Translations under genes and position numbers: made by a program | Notes under the pieces: model-generated | What the model was told of the DNA's origin: nothing | What the model saw: only the letters and a program-made list of their open reading frames with translations | Database searches by the model: none | NCBI RefSeq assembly: GCF_006345805.1 | Contig: NC_043004.1 | Span: 18,104,001 to 18,168,000, forward strand | DNA: 64,000 nt | Source of the DNA: Octopus sinensis | Taxonomy: Eukaryota | Direction of reading: 5' to 3' | Shown here: positions 1 through 64,000 of the stretch, in pieces | How the letters are laid out: every line of letters begins with the position of its first letter | Numbering within the stretch: position 1 is the stretch's first letter

Positions 1-72
1 GAGAAGGCTAAGTAGATAATACAAGGTATATAAGCTAAAAGGAGATGAATAAGATGAGATAGACAAAAGAAG

Positions 73-487
73 ACATGTATTTTATTTTTCCCAACATCTT
101 TTCCTCATTCTTGTTTTTTTTTTATGAAGGACTAGTGTCCAAAACATCAAGATTCTTTCCATTCTTTCTAGGCATTAAATGAATAGAAAATATAGATATA
201 AGTAGACAATATATGTATGGGAAAATAATATATGTAGATAGATATGTAAACAAAAAATGCATGCAGACATACATATGTAGATACACACACATGTAAATGG
301 CCATACTTTCGACAATGAACACAAAAAGTAAACATGGGAAGAATAAATTTTAACTAATTTTATAATCATTTAATGCTTAGAAAGAACGGAAAGAATTTTG
401 ATGTTTTGGACACTAGTCCTTCATCAAAAAAAAAAAACAATAATGAGGAAAAGATGGTGGGAAAAATAAAATGAATAAGATACATGT
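73..487. repeat. Foldback element with about 120-bp inverted arms carrying decayed hammerhead-like motifs (possible Penelope-like pLTR relic)
   Basis: 73-190 is about 90% identical to the reverse complement of 356-487; both arms contain (G)ATGAAGGAC-TAGT-GTCC-AAAACATC. Confidence 0.7.
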
Positions 488-978
488 TGATAGTAAATGG
501 ATTTCTGCTGGATGTGGAGATGAATATTCAGTTCTTTGATCAACTGAATTATCTATTTTTGAATTAGCATGTACGTGGATGAGTATTCCATAGACATATG
601 TATCTTTAATGTAACTCTCAGTCTATGTCACATAGTGTGGCAAAGCTGGATCTTTGAATTGCACGGGCAATCCTCCATTTAGCAGGCTTCCACACAGTTT
701 CTCTCTCACAAAGCTTAGGATGAGCTAAAGCTTTTGTAAAAGATACTCGCCCAAGATGGAACTGAACCCAGCCTTTGCAACTTCAAAGCAAACTTCTTAA
801 CCATTTAACCATACTACATCCATATAGACAAAGATATAAACTTATGTGAAATAAGTAAATGAAAATATATATGTATATTCTATGCATCTTCTTCCTAATT
901 CCTTAACTTCAAATTCAAATTTACAATACCACCAAATATGAGAAAATTATTATCTCCCTTGTATTAACCGTTTGTTAA

Positions 979-2436
979 CCCTTTCGTTACCAAACTGCCC
1001 AAAGCTGCCCAAAAAAGTTTTGGTTCAGGCGACCAAGCCACCCAATTCATATTTAAATGAGAATATCAGAGCAAATCTCGTTAGTACATTCGTGAAAACA
1101 TGTGATTATACTTCGTAAACAGTTCATCTACAGTTTTGTACAATGATCGACATGTAATTTTAATTCCCTGAATTTTGGGAGATTTTTTTCCACATGTTTT
1201 TTGGCATTGATTTTTCTTCAACTTTGAAAATGGATAGGAGTTTCATGTTATCAAGCATTGATTCCGAATTTAAAGCTTTTTCAACGGAAAATAGGGAGAT
1301 ATCGAGAAAAAGAATGAATGAGGTCTTAAAGCACGTGGTGTACAAAATAATGAATAGGATATTTTTTTATCCGTTAACCGAAAGCAGTGATTCCGAAGAA
1401 ACAAATCGGCGATGGCGACAGCAAAGACGGTTTTACATTGGAATGAAGTGAAAAACTTTAAAAATGTTTTTATTAGCAATTTTTCTGAGGAGATAGAGTT
1501 TATCTATAGTCTTTCTTAGGAAGCGAAACCATTAGACTTTTATTTTTTTCAGTATGCTTGTTTGGAGCGATCACTGTGGAAGCAAACTGTTACGCAGAAT
1601 GTAAACAAACACAAAATTGGGGATCAAAGTTTGGAAAATTTGTGAAGCAAATACTGGATACTGTGTGGATTTAGTTTTTACACAGGGAAACTAATGTTAG
1701 TGAGCATGGCTTAGGGTACGATGTGGTCTGGAAGTTATTGTTTGAAGCGATCGATGTGGAAACAAATTTATGCAGATTGTAAACAAACACAAAATGGGGG
1801 ATCAAATTTCGGAAAATTTGTGAAGTAAATAATGGGTACTGCGTGGATTTAGTTTTTATACAGGGAAAATAATGTTAGTCAGCATGGCCTAGGAAACAAT
1901 GTGGTCTGGAATTTATCACTTCCATACCATAACCAGGGCCGTATATTATTTTTTGACCGATTTCTTTAGTTCGGTCAAACTTGCGGTGGATTCCAGTATT
2001 TCACTTTATTCCACCTTTATGGTACACCTGTTGTGCATTAAATTCAACTGATGATCTAGTGATGTGCACAATTCTTCTTTATCAAAATTTTGTTGCATAC
2101 CCATTTGAATATTAGCTGATGATTCATTTTCTATGGTGATGTTTAAACAAAATTTTAATATTTTTACCTTTTGCTCAATTTAAAATTTTAATATTTTTAC
2201 CTTTTGCTCAATTTACCTGGATTTACCTGTAATTAAAGTCACTTTGAGACAAAAGTTATGCAATAGAATTGATTAAAAACCCTTTCTTTAATTATGTTCC
2301 AAATATCACATTAATATGTTGATAAGTAAAAAAGTTACAGTTATTTAATGAAACAAGCCTAAATTCATGATTATTTTAGAATTTAATTGAAACTCATGAG
2401 TGGTGTATTTTGGTCACAAATATAGTAACGAAAGGG
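979..2436 (+). mobile_element. Internally deleted piggyBac-family DNA transposon with transposase relic
   Basis: TTAA at 975-978 and 2437-2440; 12-bp TIR CCCTTTCGTTAC / GTAACGAAAGGG; frameshifted translation KLGIKVWKICEANTGYCVDL..SEHGLGYDVVWKL and PYHNQGRILFFDRFFSSVKLA. Confidence 0.85.
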
Positions 2437-3539
2437 TTAAGGAGACACCATCATGTAACATACACACACACACACAGTAGACAGATCTATAAACAGAGAG
2501 ATATGTACATAGCCAGATAAATGAAAGAAAGAAAAATTATATTTAATAGTCAAGACTATTATCACAAGTATAATAACAATAATAATAATAATAATAACAA
2601 AATAGCAGCAAGATTGGGCAGAATAGAATGTAGAGAGGAGCCAGTGTCAAGATAGACCAGGAATCAGCAATTTCTTGTCATAATGAACTAAATTTTGATT
2701 TTTTAGAATTTTTTTTTTTTACATTTTCTTTGTTTCTGTGTATTTACATGTGTTCCACATATTTTCTTTTACTTCTTTCAGTCACAGGACTTTGGCCATG
2801 CTCAGACATCACCTTGTACAGTTCTAGTCAAACAAATCACTCCTGGTACTTGTTTTTAAAGTTTGGTATTTATTCTACCGAATACTTTTGCTGAACTGCT
2901 AAGTTACAGGCATGCAAACAAACCAACACCGGTTGTCAAGTGGAGGGGCACACAAGGCACACACACACACACACATACATACATACATACACATGAAAAA
3001 CAGGTCCATATAGTTTCTGTGTTACAAATCCACTCACAGGGCATTGGTCATTCCAGGACTGCAGCAGAAGACTGTTGTCTGAAGTGCTGCACAGTAGGAC
3101 TGAATCTGAAAGCATGTGGCTGCAAAATGAGCTTCTTAGCCACACAGCCATGCTTGTCCTTATCTTACTTATAAAAATATATTTTCAATCAGCATTTCAA
3201 TCACAGACAATGCTTGCGGAAGCAATTTTTTTTTTAAATCATAAACAGAAAAAAAAAATTTTTAAATTAAAAATTATCTAAAAGTCATGAATTGCTCAAA
3301 GGCCCACAAATACATTAAAGTTGAACATTTTTTAGACAAGGTTTGAGGCCTACCACAGTGGCCTGCCTTTTGCCAATCCCTGGTATAGACACTGATAGTA
3401 CCAGAAAAGACTATGACATTACTGGAAAATGATGCCACTGTTAATGTAGAGAGAAAGTGACAGCATCAGAATAGAGAAAATTAATGCTCCCTGTATAAGA
3501 TCATAGCTGAGAAAATATTAGTCTCAACACAAAATTTTA

Positions 3540-5213
3540 TTGGGTTGGCCCAGAAGTATATTTGGTTTTTTTTTTTTCTTTTTTCAAATGAAAATAAGAC
3601 ACAAGTTTTAAGCAATTTAATCAATCAATGATATAATTACTATTTTGTCCAGTATCTTCTGCCATCTTGAGGGCAGCCCCACTATTCCCTGCTCAAAGAA
3701 TTTCCTGTCTTTACTGACAAAACACTCTTCCAGGTGGAAATCTGAAGACACAAGGTTGGGCAAATATGGAGGGTGCAGCAAAATAACTCAGCCTAATCTC
3801 AAAGAAGTTTGCAGCCTGGTATTGTCGTGATGAAAGACAATACTCTTACAAGTAGCAAGTGCTGGACATTTCTGGTGGATTGCTGCATTTAACTTGTCCA
3901 GCTGATCAAAATATACATCTGAGCTGATAGTCCTGTACGTAGGAAGAAGCTTATAAAATACAACACTCTTCTTATCCTATTAAATTTAAAGTATAACTTT
4001 CTTTAGGTGAAGTCTTGCTTTGGAGGTCGTTTGTGGTGGTTTGAAATATTTCCCCCATAATTGTTTACATTTCACAATGTTATAAACAATTCATCTTTTG
4101 TTTTGTCAATATTCTCTTCAGAAAAAGCTGTTTTTTTTCAAATGAAAATAAGACACAAGTTTTAAGCAATTTAATCAATCAATGATATAATTACTATTTT
4201 GTCCAGTATCTTCTGCCATCTTGAGGGCAGCCCCACTATTCCCTGCTCAAAGAATTTCCTGTCTTTACTGACAAAACACTCTTCTAGGTGGAAATCTGAA
4301 GACACAAGGTTGGGCAAATATGGAGGGTGCAGCAAAATAACTCAGCCTAATCTCAAAGAAGTTTGCAGCCTGGTATTGTCGTGATGAAAGACAATACTCT
4401 TACAAGTAGCAAGTGCTGGACATTTCTGGTGGATTGCTGCATTTAACTTGTCCAGCTGATCAAAATATACATCTGAGCTGATAGTCCTGTACATAGGAAG
4501 AAGCTTATAAAATACAACACTCTTCTTATCCTATTAAATTTAAAGTATAACTTTCTTTGGGTGAAGTCTTGCTTTGGAGGTCGTTTGTGGTGGTTTGAAA
4601 TATTTCCCCCATAATTGTTTACATTTCACAATGTTATAAACAATTCATCTTTTGTTTTGTCAATATTCTCTTCAGAAAAAGCTGTTTTTTTTCAAATGAC
4701 TGCAACAAAAGAGATGGAAATCTGTTGGGCAAATTCAGCCTCATTCAATTGATGTCAGAACCAAATATCGAGCCTACTGACATAACCAAGTTGATGCATA
4801 CAGTTTCCACTCAGTTTGGATATTTGGGGAATTGCAATCATCATGGTCATCTCAGCTGGCTGGCCAGAGTGAGGAGTGTCTTGAAGTAAAAAGATTTTCC
4901 AACTGAAATCATGAAAACCACTTCTGGCACACGCATTCCATAACAATATTTTATCTGTAAACAGCACATATCTTCCTGCTGATTTCTGTGCTTTCTTGCC
5001 TTTTTGAAAATAAAAAAAAAGCATGAAGTGTCCGAGGTTCTCCAAGCGCACAAAATACTGCCTCATCAGAAGTTCATGTCAATCCACATTCAAATGATAT
5101 GACAAGTATCTGACAAGAGTGCATACGCAAGGGACAGACTGAAATTAGCTACATGTTAAAAAACTTGAAGTTTAATACCAACAAAAACCGCATGAACTTT
5201 TTGGCCAACCCAA
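3540..5213 (-). mobile_element. Mariner (DD34D) transposon, degenerate, with an internal 554-bp tandem duplication
   Basis: TIRs TTGGGTTGGCC at 3540 and GGCCAACCCAA ending 5213, TA on the left and CA on the right; minus-strand relics FYFQKGKKA, LQDTPHSGQP, GYVSRLDIW, HHDNTR, HPPYLPNLVSSDFHL. Confidence 0.9.
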
Positions 5214-5470
5214 CAGATTATTAAACTGCCAACATCAGAGATAAAAGGAGGGATTACGACATTAATTCCAAGAAAAGAAAAAGAAATCAGTTACATAATA
5301 ATAAGGAAAGTATTTTCTGACCTGAAGCAACAACCAGTTCACCACCAGTTTTAGTAGGATGAGAAACAGAGAAGTGAAATTCCTCCACCAATAAAACCCC
5401 TCGGTCAAACAAGGAATGAAAATTAAACAAAAAGATCGATACTTGCCACGGAAAATACTTGCTTTCATAC

Positions 5471-62980
<57,510 letters not shown>

Positions 62981-63589
62981 CTGAAACAGAAGCAGTAACA
63001 AGTTTCTTCAATACACACACAAACATTCTGTCACTTACACACATAAATATATACAACAATTACTCTATAAACAATCATAATTTTAATTAAGTTATATCTT
63101 GTTACATCTCAAGAGTTCATAATTGCTGACATTACAGGCAATAGTTTCCACACAGTTATTCGTAAGTTTAATTGGTTTGCTCATTAAATTAATGTGATGT
63201 AAAAAGATATGCATTTTTTTTCTTGATAATTACTCTTTGATTGATTTATTATTTTCATAACACTGAAAGGAAACATCATGGACAGTCTTCAGCTTTCTCT
63301 GTTCAAAGAGGTTTTTTAACCTAGTATTTATATGCTAAGGTAGCAAGCTGGCAGAACCATTAGCACACCAGGCAAAGTGCTTCATGGCATTTTGTTTGTC
63401 TTTACGTTTTGAGTTCAAATTTCGCCAAGGTTGACAAGGTCTTTGTTGTGGTGTTAGATATTTACAATATCTCCGCCCTCTCCATATAGTTTTCTTTTGT
63501 TGTTTTATCTGCACTTTTCTGTACTGAAATGGGTGGATTGGTTTTGCTACAACTCTACAAACATGCAACTAGAATGTAGCAAAAAAGAA

Positions 63590-63790
63590 TCGTAAATAAG
63601 ATTCTACAAGCTGAGCTAACCAGCTGCAGACCTAAGGGTGGACAAGAGCATTGGTTAATATTCAAAGTCTCAGTTTGGTCATGTTTGGGAATTCTGCAGG
63701 AAAGTGTAAGATCAGTTGCTTCTGACACAACCTTATGGAAGAGATGCCTGAGGGCAGCACCTTCATGACTCTCTCACGAGGAGTGGGAGA
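63590..63790 (+). mobile_element. Degenerate RTE-BovB-like LINE fragment
   Basis: KILQAELTSCRPKGGQEHW resembles the RTE motif PKQLLYGEL..GKRPRGGQRKR. Confidence 0.4.
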
Positions 63791-63894
63791 TGAGAATGGA
63801 TGGAATTTTAAAGTTAGAGACCTTACTACTTAGATCTCAACTTGCTTTTGTCAAGCAGAGTTATGTACCTTATTAAGGGATAGGCAGCAATTTA

Positions 63895-64000
63895 CAGTAA
63901 TCCCTCGCCATATTGCAGTTTATTATTTAAGCTTATGTCGATTCCTTTATGGTGTTGTTTTGCATTTATAACAAAACAAACAAAAACAAAACAAACATAT
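63895..64000. mobile_element. Start of a pogo/Tigger-like MITE running off the window
   Basis: TA followed by CAGTAATCCCTCGCCATATTGCAGTT, a Tigger-like terminus. Confidence 0.4.

Noticed and set aside
1194-1451. 85-aa ORF inside the piggyBac relic
   Set aside because: Short, no recognisable domain; at best a decayed transposase N-terminal region
3645-4384. Two identical 61-aa plus-strand ORFs
   Set aside because: Antisense to the duplicated mariner transposase relic

Overview
AT-rich, repeat-dense animal genomic DNA; the SINE/RTE repeat families resemble those I recall from octopus (coleoid cephalopod) genomes, so the taxon is an inference. The window lies inside one large minus-strand gene, a neurobeachin-like (NBEAL1/NBEAL2-type BEACH-family) gene. 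I reconstructed 19 GT-AG exons (62980 down to 5471, 2658 nt, 885 full codons) with fully consistent phases and no stops. They cover the ARM/ConA-like/DUF4704 region; the start and the PH-BEACH-WD40 end lie outside the window. Introns hold tRNA-derived SINEs, RTE/CR1/RLE LINE fragments, a mariner, a piggyBac relic, several MITE families and mini/microsatellites. Most notable: (1) hammerhead-ribozyme-like motifs, one nearly intact on the transcribed strand and one at the 3' end of a tRNA-headed SINE; (2) at least seven foldback hairpins in the pre-mRNA, one fully paired on the transcribed strand; (3) a candidate recursive splice site or 24-nt in-frame microexon in the longest intron; (4) a near-identical duplication inside the mariner plus a templated inverted copy nearby. 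No prokaryote-type systems (CRISPR, operons) are present. Family assignments come from remembered motifs; no database search was run.
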